DNA of 64,000 nucleotides from a bacterium (GTDB lineage Bacteria; Joyebacterota; Joyebacteria; Joyebacterales; Joyebacteraceae): NCBI GenBank assembly GCA_025782395.1, contig JALGZD010000219.1, positions 205,560 to 269,559 of the forward strand, read 5' to 3'. Shown piece by piece: positions 56,327 to 64,000 of this stretch (position 1 is its first letter; each line of letters starts with the position of its first letter). The notes under the pieces were generated by a model. It saw only the letters and a program-made list of their open reading frames with translations, ran no database searches and was not told where the DNA came from. The position numbers and the translations under genes were made by a program.

Positions 56327-57898
56327 CTAGGAACACCAGTGCCTGCGCACCGCCTGCACCTTCCGCGAGCGAGACTTAAGGTGGATCGGACCGATCTCCT
56401 CCTCGACTGCATCAAGAAGCTCCCAGCTCGCGATCAGAGCCGCGATCCGCTCGATATCGGGAGAAACGATCCTGTCCTTCAGATAGGTGGGGACGACGCC
56501 CCGAACAGCGCGATGCGCAACGGCCGTCCCCTTCCCGGGCCTCCCCTCGAGGAGATCGAACGCCTGCGCGGCGCACATCATCTCAATGGCAACGACGTTC
56601 AGCACGTTGCCCATGATCTCCTTGAGTTTCCGGGCCGCTATCGGCCCCATTGAGACGGTGTCTTCCTGATCGGCCGCCATGCTGAAATTGTCCACGACGG
56701 CAGGGTGTGACAAGACCTTGTTCTCCGAACAGAGCGCGGTCGCTGTGTAGTGCGCCAACATGTAGCCAGAGTTCAGCCCCTCGCTCTTAACCAGGAACGC
56801 CGGCAGACCGCCGTTGAGGTACGGATTCACGAGCCTGTTGATATGCCGTTCCGAGAGAGAACCTATCTCGCTCATCGCGATCCCGAGGAAGTCGAGCGGC
56901 ATGGCTATCGGCTGGCCATGGAAGTTCCCGCACGAGAGCTGCTCTCCATCGTCCGGGAAAAACAGCGGGTTGTCCGTGACCGAGTTCATCTCGATCTCGA
57001 TCTGGTTCCGCGTGTAGTTCAGCGTATCGATCGAAGGGCTGTAGACCTGCGGGATGCAGCGGATGCTGTACGCATCCTGCACCTTGCCGGAGCCGCGCTT
57101 GATGAAACCGCTTCCCTTGAGGAGCTTCCTCATGTTCTCGGCGACGGCGTTCTGACCGTTGAAGGGCCTGAGTTCGTGGATCCTCCTGTCAAACGGCGTG
57201 AGAGGTGTCCGCAGCGCATCAGCCGACATCGCGCTCGCAATGATGGCGCTCTTCATGAGACGCTCTGCATCGTAGACCCTGAGAGCGCCGCACCCCGTGA
57301 AGAACTGCGAGCCATTGATCAGCGCGAGTCCTTCCTTGAAGGCGAGCTTGATGGGCTCAACGCCCGCCCGTTTCATCGCGGCATGTCCACCCATAAGGCG
57401 ACCACCGAAGTAGGCCTTCCCCTCTCCCATCACCACACACCCGATGTGCGCGAGCGAGCAGAGGTCGCCGCTCGTTCCGACCGAGCCCTTCTCCGGAACA
57501 GCCGGTACGACGTTCTTGTTCAGCATCTCGATCAGCGTTTCGAGGAGTTCCAGTCTCACGGCAGAGTATCCGCGGGCGAGAACGTTTGCCCTCAGGAGAA
57601 TCGCGGCGCGAACCTCGTCTTCCTTGAAGTGCTCCCCCACACCCGCTGAGTGGCTGCGAATGATGCGTTTCTGCAACTCTTCCCCGTGCGCCGGCGACAC
57701 GGCGACACGTGCCAGCTCGCCGATGCCGGTCGTCACCCCGTAGATGAGCTGTCCGCTCTCGCGAAGATCCGCCGCTACCTCACGGCATCTCACCACGGCC
57801 CTCCGCGCGTCGGGCGCAAGCTTGACTTCCGCATGGTTCCTGGCCACATCGTGAACCTGCTTGATGGTCAGGTTTGATCCGTTCAGAACTACCGTCAT
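56327..57898 (-). CDS. Aromatic amino acid ammonia-lyase family (HAL/PAL-like, MIO-dependent) with a Thr-Ser-Gly triad.
   Basis: Colinear with histidine ammonia-lyase from the internal Met MTVVLNGSNLTIKQV.... GSVGTSGDLCSLAHIG aligns to the HAL GSVGASGDLAPLAH. Confidence 0.75.
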   Translation of the reverse strand: MTVVLNGSNLTIKQVHDVARNHAEVKLAPDARRAVVRCREVAADLRESGQLIYGVTTGIGELARVAVSPAHGEELQKRIIRSHSAGVGEHFKEDEVRAAILLRANVLARGYSAVRLELLETLIEMLNKNVVPAVPEKGSVGTSGDLCSLAHIGCVVMGEGKAYFGGRLMGGHAAMKRAGVEPIKLAFKEGLALINGSQFFTGCGALRVYDAERLMKSAIIASAMSADALRTPLTPFDRRIHELRPFNGQNAVAENMRKLLKGSGFIKRGSGKVQDAYSIRCIPQVYSPSIDTLNYTRNQIEIEMNSVTDNPLFFPDDGEQLSCGNFHGQPIAMPLDFLGIAMSEIGSLSERHINRLVNPYLNGGLPAFLVKSEGLNSGYMLAHYTATALCSENKVLSHPAVVDNFSMAADQEDTVSMGPIAARKLKEIMGNVLNVVAIEMMCAAQAFDLLEGRPGKGTAVAHRAVRGVVPTYLKDRIVSPDIERIAALIASWELLDAVEEEIGPIHLKSRSRKVQAVRRHWCS

Positions 57899-57926
57899 TG
57901 CTTCCGTTCCTCCACAATGCTCCCGG

Positions 57927-59408
57927 CTAGACCGGGAACACCCCGAATGCTTTCCCCGTAACGAAATACACGAGGGCAATCATGACGACCAGACCTATGA
58001 GATGTAACCAGAAGCCGGTTCGTATCATGTCCGACATCTCGAGCTTGCCGGAGCCGTAGACGATGGCATTCGGCGGCGTCGAGATCGGCAACATGAACAC
58101 GTTCGAGCACGCGATAGTCGCGGGGATGGCCAGAAGGAACGGTGAGACATTGATGGCCGTCGCGACCGCGATCAGAAGCGGGATCATCATGTTGGCCACC
58201 GCCGTGTTCGACGCGATCTCGCTGACGAACGATGCAATGACCGTCACGATCAGAATCAGGATGAGCGGGCTCAACTCGCTCGACAGAGGAAGCGACTCCG
58301 CGATCCACTGGGCCGCTCCCGACTCAAAGAGCCCCCTGCCCAACGCCAACCCGCCTCCAAAGAGATAGAGGATACCGAAGGAGATTGAACGTGTGTCGGC
58401 CCACACGAGCGGGAACTCCCACTTCTTGATGCTGGTCGGCACGACGAAAAGGAGAAGCGCACAAGTGAGCGCGATGAGCGAGTCATCGAATCTCGCTTGC
58501 ACGAGCGTCATACCGGGAATAGGCAGATTGTCCCAGAACGGCCGCGTGAGCCACAGTGCCGCAACCAGCACGAAAGCAGCAATCGTATACTTGCCACCCC
58601 TCTCGAGCCGACCGAGGAGCTTGCGCTCTTCATCAATGGTATCGCCGCTATCGACAGTCACCACCTTCGGCTTGTGCGTGACCCACAGGAACCACCACGT
58701 GAGGGGAAGCATCACGACGGCGTACGGCAGGCCTACCTTCAGCCAATCGAAGAATGAGATCTCCTTACCCAGAAGTGTCTGAGAGAAACCGGCAAGCAGT
58801 ACATTCGGCGGCGTTCCCACGAGCGTCGCCACTCCACCGATCGTCGAGGCGTATGCGATTCCCAGAAGAAGCACCGTTCCAAAGCGCGATTCGGCACTGA
58901 GCTTCGAATTCGTGAGTATCGCCATGCCTATCGGAAGCATCATGGCCGTGGTCGCGGTGTTCGAGAGGAAAGCGGACAGGAACGCCGTGAGACCCATGAA
59001 GTAGAGAACGAGCATCTTGGGATTGCTGCCGACCCGCCCCAGGATCACAAGCGCGAGTCTCCTGTCGACACCCCACTTCATCATTGCTCGCGCGATCATG
59101 AACCCGCCGAGGAAGAGGAAGATGAGGCGGTTGGCGTAGGGTGATAGCGCATCCTGCAGAGACAGCACGCCAAGCAGTGGGAGCAGTATCGCCGGCAGAA
59201 GGGCCGTCGCATAGATGGAGATGGCCTCTGTTCCCCACCAGATGGCGCAGAGCGCGAGCACGGCCAGCGTCCTCTGGATCATGGGGTCGAGCCCGAGGGG
59301 AGCGAACACGAGGAAAACGAAGGCCAGGATTCCAGCCAGGAAACCCACCTTGTGCTTCACCAACGATCTGTCGCTGCTTGTTTTCGTCATGCAGATCTCC
59401 CCGTCCAC
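57927..59408 (-). CDS. DASS/SLC13-family anion:sodium symporter (ArsB/NhaD permease superfamily).
   Basis: About 490 aa with 12-14 TM segments and duplicated hairpin-motif regions typical of DASS. Located 28 nt upstream of the lyase. Confidence 0.75.
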   Translation of the reverse strand: MDGEICMTKTSSDRSLVKHKVGFLAGILAFVFLVFAPLGLDPMIQRTLAVLALCAIWWGTEAISIYATALLPAILLPLLGVLSLQDALSPYANRLIFLFLGGFMIARAMMKWGVDRRLALVILGRVGSNPKMLVLYFMGLTAFLSAFLSNTATTAMMLPIGMAILTNSKLSAESRFGTVLLLGIAYASTIGGVATLVGTPPNVLLAGFSQTLLGKEISFFDWLKVGLPYAVVMLPLTWWFLWVTHKPKVVTVDSGDTIDEERKLLGRLERGGKYTIAAFVLVAALWLTRPFWDNLPIPGMTLVQARFDDSLIALTCALLLFVVPTSIKKWEFPLVWADTRSISFGILYLFGGGLALGRGLFESGAAQWIAESLPLSSELSPLILILIVTVIASFVSEIASNTAVANMMIPLLIAVATAINVSPFLLAIPATIACSNVFMLPISTPPNAIVYGSGKLEMSDMIRTGFWLHLIGLVVMIALVYFVTGKAFGVFPV

Positions 59409-59494
59409 CGATCCAGCTCGCTAGAGGCCAAGAAACGCTGTCGCGCTGCCACACATAAGAAGCACCAGCCCTGCAAGAAGTGCTGGATTACCCG

Positions 59495-60700
59495 TCATTG
59501 CTGAACATTCCCCTCTGCGCTTCCGTCGGCCGGCACGGTCTTCCGTGCGACCGCTCTCGCCTCATCGTAAACGTCTGCCAGCGGGACGTTATACCTCAGT
59601 GCCGCTTCCCTGCAGTCCTCGTACTCGGGCGCCAGGCTCACAACGCGACCAGCCGTGCGACCCAGCTTGATCCCTATCCTGCCAAAGCGCGTTTCCACGT
59701 GGAGGGTCTCGCGGGTCAGCTTCCTGCGTTCCACCTTCGTCATCCGAACACCCAGCGTGGTGGTTTCATCGAAAAGCGTCGAGACGATCTCGTCGACGTG
59801 TTCCTGCGGCACAAGCACGGCAAGCATGGTCCCCGGACGGTTCTTCTTCATGAAGACCGGCGTCAAGTAGACGTCAAGCGCTCCTCGCTTCCATAGAAGA
59901 TCGGACGCATGACCGAAGAACTCGGGATTCATGTCGTCGATGTTCACCTCTACGAGGACCACCTCATCCCTCTCGTAGGTTGCCGAGCTGATGCCGCCGA
60001 TCACTATCCGCAGCATGTTCGGCATCTTCAGCTCGCGGGTTCCCGCGCCGTACCCGACAGCTTCTACCTTCATCTCCGGTATAGGACCGAAGTCCTGTGC
60101 GAGGACTCTGAGCAGAGCAGCGCCCGTCGGTGTCGCCAGTTCCGACTCTACGCCCCTGGAGTAGATAGGAATTCCCTCGAGGAGCGCCAGCGTCGCAGGC
60201 GCCGGCACGGGGAGTGTGCCGTGTGCGCATTCCACGAATCCGGTCCCAACGTGTATCTTCGACGCGAACACGGCCTCGACGCCGAGCATCTTGAGCCCGG
60301 CGATCGACGCGACGATGTCCACGATAGAGTCAAGCCCGCTTGTCTCGTGAAGGTGAAGCTCATCGACCGGCGTTCCGTGAATCCGCGATTCAACCTGAGC
60401 GATCTCGCTGATCACGGCCCGCGCTGATGAACGGACATCGTCATCGAGAGCGCTGTCGCCTAAGATCTGCATAATCTCCCCGACCGTTCTCCCGTGTCCG
60501 GTCTCGTCGGTCTCGACCAGGAACTTCGTGCCGATGATCGCGCCGCGCCCGATGCGTTCGGCGCCTACCGAATACCCTTTCAGTCCAAGCTTCAACAGCT
60601 CGCCCTCGAGATCCTGCAGATCGAGGCCGGCATCGAGAAGAGCGCCGACGATCATGTCGCCGCTCACCCCCGAGAAACAGTCGAAATACGCAATCCTCAT
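59495..60700 (-). CDS. larC: LarC (nickel insertion CTP-dependent pyridinium-3,5-bisthiocarboxylic acid mononucleotide nickel chelatase).
   Basis: MRIAYFDCFSGVSGDMIVGALLDAGL is the LarC/DUF111 N-terminal signature; about 400 aa. Confidence 0.8.
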   Translation of the reverse strand: MRIAYFDCFSGVSGDMIVGALLDAGLDLQDLEGELLKLGLKGYSVGAERIGRGAIIGTKFLVETDETGHGRTVGEIMQILGDSALDDDVRSSARAVISEIAQVESRIHGTPVDELHLHETSGLDSIVDIVASIAGLKMLGVEAVFASKIHVGTGFVECAHGTLPVPAPATLALLEGIPIYSRGVESELATPTGAALLRVLAQDFGPIPEMKVEAVGYGAGTRELKMPNMLRIVIGGISSATYERDEVVLVEVNIDDMNPEFFGHASDLLWKRGALDVYLTPVFMKKNRPGTMLAVLVPQEHVDEIVSTLFDETTTLGVRMTKVERRKLTRETLHVETRFGRIGIKLGRTAGRVVSLAPEYEDCREAALRYNVPLADVYDEARAVARKTVPADGSAEGNVQQ

Positions 60701-60731
60701 CCGCGTCAACTCCTCACCGGAATGTTGAGCA

Positions 60732-61475
60732 CTACCGGTTCACACCGCTGGCGAAGTACCCTGCCCCAAAACCGTTGTCAATATTGACGACGACCACTCC
60801 TGGCGCGCAACTGTTCAGCATCGTCAGAAGAGCCGAGAGTCCCTCAAAGCTCGCGCCGTAACCAACGCTCGTTGGAACGGCCACGACGGGTTTGTCGGTG
60901 AGTCCCCCGACAACGCTCGCAAGCGCGCCTTCCATGCCGGCGACCACAATAATGACGCTCGCACGCTCGAACTCATCGCGGTGAGCAAACAGACGATGAA
61001 TGCCTGCGACTCCGACATCGTAGAGCCGAACGACGTCGTTCCCCATGATCTCCGCCGTGACAGCAGCTTCCTCGGCAACCGGTATGTCGGAGGTCCCGGC
61101 ACTGACAACAAGGATGCTCCCCTTACCACTCTTCTTCCTCGCCGGACCGGCTGTCACTATCCGGGCCTGCTCATGATAGACCGCGTCGGGCACGGCCTCA
61201 CAGATGGCAGCGAAAGCAGCGACGTCCGCCCGTGTGCCCATCAGAAGGCTACCCCGCGCAGCGATCGCGCCGGCGATGGCAGCAAGCTGCTCTGATGTCT
61301 TACCCTCGCAGAAGACGACCTCGGGAAAGCCGGTTCGGAGATCCCGGTGCGTGTCGATCTTAGCGAAGCCCAGATCCTCGTAGGGAAACGCTCTTAGTTC
61401 CCTCATGGCTTCATCTATCTCAAGCCTTCCGTGCTGCACGTCATCCAGAAGGCGCCTGATGCGCTCGCCGTCCAC
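60732..61475 (-). CDS. larB: LarB (PurE-like nicotinic acid adenine dinucleotide carboxylase/hydrolase).
   Basis: PurE-like fold motifs (VVAGMEGALASVVGG), about 247 aa; between larE and larC. Confidence 0.8.
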   Translation of the reverse strand: MDGERIRRLLDDVQHGRLEIDEAMRELRAFPYEDLGFAKIDTHRDLRTGFPEVVFCEGKTSEQLAAIAGAIAARGSLLMGTRADVAAFAAICEAVPDAVYHEQARIVTAGPARKKSGKGSILVVSAGTSDIPVAEEAAVTAEIMGNDVVRLYDVGVAGIHRLFAHRDEFERASVIIVVAGMEGALASVVGGLTDKPVVAVPTSVGYGASFEGLSALLTMLNSCAPGVVVVNIDNGFGAGYFASGVNR

Positions 61476-61519
61476 TGCTGCTACTCCCCTTTCGGAAGCG
61501 CCTCGGTGTTGCCGCGGCC

Positions 61520-62350
61520 TCAGGTCTTGCCGGCCGCGTTCTCCGCATCGCCGAGTCCCACATTCATGCTCCCCTGCCGGTAGCCCCTCAGATCCAGCGT
61601 CACGAATGTGAACCCGAGCTCCTTGAGTCCGGCAACGACCGTCTTTCTGTTGGCCGGATCGAACAGGAGCTTCATGTCACCGACACCAACCTCGATGCGT
61701 GCTACCGTACCATGATCCCTGACCCTCAGCTCGCGGATTCCGAGACCGGCGACGATCGCCTCGGCGCGCTCGATCCGGACGAGCCTCTCGGGCGTTATCT
61801 CGACACCGTACGGAATCCTTGTCACCAGGCACGGCGACGACGGCTTGTCCCAGGTCGGGAGACCCATCTCTTTCGAGATCGCTCTGATCTCGGGCTTCGT
61901 CAGCCGTACCTCTCTGAGCGGACTTCTGATGCCAAGTTCTGCGAGCGCTCTCATACCGGGACGGTAGTCATCTTCGTCGTCGTGGATTGATCCATCGATC
62001 ACACAGCTCATTCCGCGCTCTGTCGCAATCCGAACGAATTCCGCGAAGAGCCCCTTCTTGCAGATGTAGCATCTGTCTCGAGGATTCGAGGTGAAAGCAT
62101 CCGTCTCCAGTTCGTGCGACTCCACGATGATGTGTTCCACACCCAGCGAAGTCGCCAATGCGCGCGCATCATCGAGCTCCTGGTGCGCCCGAACGGCCGA
62201 TCTCGCCGTCACTGCGACAACATTGTCACCGAGTACATCCACCGCAACCTTGAGAAGGAATGTGCTGTCCAGACCCGCCGAAAACGCAACGACTGCGGTT
62301 CCCATCTCCGAGAGGATGCTTCTCAGCTTCTCCAGTCTCTCGCTCTGCAT
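61520..62350 (-). CDS. larE: LarE (PP-loop ATP-dependent sacrificial sulfur insertase).
   Basis: PP-loop VVAFSAGLDSTFL, about 276 aa; first gene of the larE-larB-larC operon. Confidence 0.8.
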   Translation of the reverse strand: MQSERLEKLRSILSEMGTAVVAFSAGLDSTFLLKVAVDVLGDNVVAVTARSAVRAHQELDDARALATSLGVEHIIVESHELETDAFTSNPRDRCYICKKGLFAEFVRIATERGMSCVIDGSIHDDEDDYRPGMRALAELGIRSPLREVRLTKPEIRAISKEMGLPTWDKPSSPCLVTRIPYGVEITPERLVRIERAEAIVAGLGIRELRVRDHGTVARIEVGVGDMKLLFDPANRKTVVAGLKELGFTFVTLDLRGYRQGSMNVGLGDAENAAGKT

Positions 62351-62504
62351 GCATCGCCCTCACGACTACGATGCCGGTATCCCGCACGCCCACCTCCCGT
62401 ACGGAGCGGGCCGGACCCGGGCGATCTTCATCATTCGACATCAACTTTGGCATTCTACAACGTCCCCATGAAGCGTGATACCCGTAACTACCGCAAAGAA
62501 CCGC

Positions 62505-62556
62505 TTGACATCCCCGCAGAGTGTTGATAGTATTGATATTCGTTTTCAATTGCAAC
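62505..62556 (+). promoter_or_regulatory. fur promoter (TTGACA-N17-TAGTAT) overlapped by a Fur-box-like hexamer array (GATAGT ATTGAT ATTCGT TTTCAA TTGCAA).
   Basis: TTGACA at 62505-62510 and TAGTAT at 62528-62533. The repeats resemble GATAAT-type Fur hexamers and share a CAATTGCAA core with the site downstream of fur. The region is divergent from larE. Confidence 0.35.
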
Positions 62557-62569
62557 AAGGGGACGCTGG

Positions 62570-62995
62570 GTGATTGACGCTGAACGCAAATTCCGGGAGT
62601 ATCTCTCCGAGAAAGGCCTCCGTTTCACCTCTGAACGTCTCGCCATACTTCTTCATGTGATGTCACTCCATGAGCACTTCGCGGTAGACGACCTCCATCA
62701 CCAACTTCGTCAGAAGGGCCTCAGCATCTCCCACGCCACGGTCTTTCGAACCCTGGCGCTACTGATTGACTGCGGCATCGTCCAGAAGCTCCCCTGCGAG
62801 AAGATGCCGGCTCGGTACGAACACATCTTCGGCCACCTCCATCACGACCATATGTTCTGCCTGCGATGCGGCAGGATCATCGAGTTCCACAATGCACCCA
62901 TCGAGCGCTGGCAGCAGAAGGTCGCCGAGGAGCATAGGTTCCAGATGACCGGACACCATCTGATCATCAGGGGCTACTGTGAAAAGTGTCATTAG
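62570..62995 (+). CDS. fur: Fur-family metalloregulator (Fur/Zur/Nur/PerR-type).
   Basis: Winged-helix N-domain, HHDH metal site and two CxxC pairs (CLRC, CEKC). GTG start with an AAGGGGA RBS. Confidence 0.8.
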   Translation: MIDAERKFREYLSEKGLRFTSERLAILLHVMSLHEHFAVDDLHHQLRQKGLSISHATVFRTLALLIDCGIVQKLPCEKMPARYEHIFGHLHHDHMFCLRCGRIIEFHNAPIERWQQKVAEEHRFQMTGHHLIIRGYCEKCH

Positions 62996-63019
62996 GAATG
63001 GAGGGTTTTTTCTCTCACT

Positions 63020-63046
63020 ATTGCGAATGAGTTGCAATAGCAATAG
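63020..63046 (+). promoter_or_regulatory. Imperfect 19-bp palindrome ATTGCGAATGAGTTGCAAT plus a GCAATAGCAATAG direct repeat between fur and the downstream OMP gene; candidate Fur-family operator.
   Basis: Inverted repeat ATTGCGAA / TTGCAAT read directly from the sequence. It shares the TTGCAA(T) core with the fur-upstream site. Confidence 0.3.
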
Positions 63047-63098
63047 GGCGGCATCCGGCAGTGTCTTCCGGATGCACCGCTCAAAGAGGACCCAAATC

Positions 63099-64000
63099 AT
63101 GCAAGGAGGAAGCACCTTGACTGCAATCGTTTCCCCTGTTCACATCTCTGCCCCATCCCTGCCCGACAGGAACGGGACGCATCATCGAAGCCCGTGGATC
63201 TCCCGGCGGATCCGGAGTACTCCGGGTTCTCTTCTCATTTTCATCTTCCTGCTTCTGCTACCTCAGATTGCCGGGGCCACCGAGCTTACGGGGCCGGAGA
63301 TCCACGCCGGCGTGACGATCCAGGCCGAGTTCTTCGGCGACGGCCTTCCTCTCCTGACCTCATTCGGACCACACATCGACAGGTATGTGGTGCGGCACGC
63401 CGCTATCGGGATCAGTGGAGAACTCGGCGACCGCGTAGAGTACGACATGGAAGTCGGTACGGCGACGTGCGTCGGAGGTGGACAGCTGAGGCTCATGGAG
63501 GGAGGCGTCTACTACAGAATCACCCCCCAGGTGAGGCTTGGTGTGGCGCAGGGGCATGTGATGCGCGGGTTCGACCTCCACCAGGAATGCGTCGGCCTGC
63601 TCACAGCAGAGAAACCACTCTGGGCGTTCGCTGTCTCACCGTGCCATCCGGCAGGCGTAGTCTGCGACTTCGACTTCCGGACGGGCGACCACGCGGGGAT
63701 CGAAGGACAGCTCGCCTATCTCAACGGCGCCGGCGAGACCCTGGACGATGAACACGACGCGAACATCGGGCTCACATTCCACACTCCCCTGCCGGGCCTC
63801 TCCGTCTCGAGCTTCTACAACCATGTCGAACTGGACCTCGGCTACTCGGACGACTGGAAGCTTCTCCACGGGACCGGCTACAGAGCCGGCCTCGGCGTCG
63901 ACTACCAGACGGACGCTATCTTCCTGCGTGGGGAGTACTACACGGGAAGGGGATTCCGAAGGGGCGTGGGCGTCGGCGAGGTCGAGATACCGATCGACCC
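63099..64000 (+). CDS. Outer-membrane porin-like beta-barrel protein, N-terminal ~300 aa (gene runs off the window end).
   Basis: Manual translation from the ATG at 63099 is open to position 64000: MQGGSTL...LLIFIFLLLLPQIAGATEL...EYDMEVGTATCVGGGQLRLMEGGVYYRI...GLGVDYQTDAIFLRGEYY.... Signal peptide plus alternating beta-strand pattern. It is missing from the ORF track because there is no stop in the window. The listed 63194..63751 ORF is in the wrong frame. Confidence 0.45.
   Translation, partial: MQGGSTLTAIVSPVHISAPSLPDRNGTHHRSPWISRRIRSTPGSLLIFIFLLLLPQIAGATELTGPEIHAGVTIQAEFFGDGLPLLTSFGPHIDRYVVRHAAIGISGELGDRVEYDMEVGTATCVGGGQLRLMEGGVYYRITPQVRLGVAQGHVMRGFDLHQECVGLLTAEKPLWAFAVSPCHPAGVVCDFDFRTGDHAGIEGQLAYLNGAGETLDDEHDANIGLTFHTPLPGLSVSSFYNHVELDLGYSDDWKLLHGTGYRAGLGVDYQTDAIFLRGEYYTGRGFRRGVGVGEVEIPID

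Noticed and set aside
56288-56653. ORF MTGLDAP... beginning right after the repeated element aggcatctcacatccatga, considered as a third beta-helix paralog.
   Set aside because: It has no signal peptide or beta-helix similarity and is antisense to the lyase 3' end. Only the ~20-bp boundary element and a few following bases resemble the copy-2 start, so it is at most a degraded remnant.
63194-63751. 185-aa plus ORF listed in the track downstream of fur.
   Set aside because: Arg-rich nonsense. The neighbouring frame starting at 63099 gives a plausible signal peptide plus porin-like sequence and stays open to the window end.
1-64000. Search for CRISPR arrays, IS elements, integrases and prophage genes.
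   Set aside because: No direct-repeat or spacer arrays, transposase or integrase-like ORFs, or terminal inverted repeats were seen. The only repeats are the in-frame coding tandem repeats and the duplicated beta-helix 3' module.

Overview
This 64-kb window is a GC-rich, gene-dense contig (about 90% coding) with no rRNA, tRNA, CRISPR array, transposase or integrase that I could recognise. About 44 credible genes can be supported. The ORF track also holds many long antisense or off-frame ORFs, which is typical for high-GC DNA and which I reject. Seven proteins carry a type-IX secretion (T9SS, Por_Secre_tail-like) C-terminal sorting domain, so the host is a diderm of the FCB superphylum; Gemmatimonadota-like or a candidate phylum is an inference only. 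The gene content points to a proteolytic, amino-acid-catabolising lifestyle. Exported or periplasmic peptidases include oligopeptidase A (M3), M20, paired M16, M14, C25/gingipain-like and a frameshifted S8. Amino-acid catabolism genes include a PutP-like symporter, P5C dehydrogenase, iorAB, a HAL-family lyase and glnA. Housekeeping genes include rmlB, nth, a ferredoxin, addB-addA, larE-larB-larC and fur. The stretch from 53419 down to 31778 is transcribed entirely on the minus strand and contains a pgsB-pgsC poly-gamma-glutamate synthesis core. This core is tightly packed with a third pgs-associated membrane protein, a secreted protein and an outer-membrane barrel that share an N-terminal domain, an LVIVD beta-propeller lipoprotein and three T9SS-sorted peptidases. 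I propose this as a candidate undescribed diderm poly-gamma-glutamate synthesis, export and remodelling locus. Other notable points are a C25 peptidase with its catalytic His replaced by Trp, tandem beta-helix paralogs with a near-identical C-terminal module, in-frame tandem repeats in addB and in a secreted protein, a HAL with a Thr-Ser-Gly triad, and Fur-box-like operators flanking fur next to the Ni-pincer cofactor genes.
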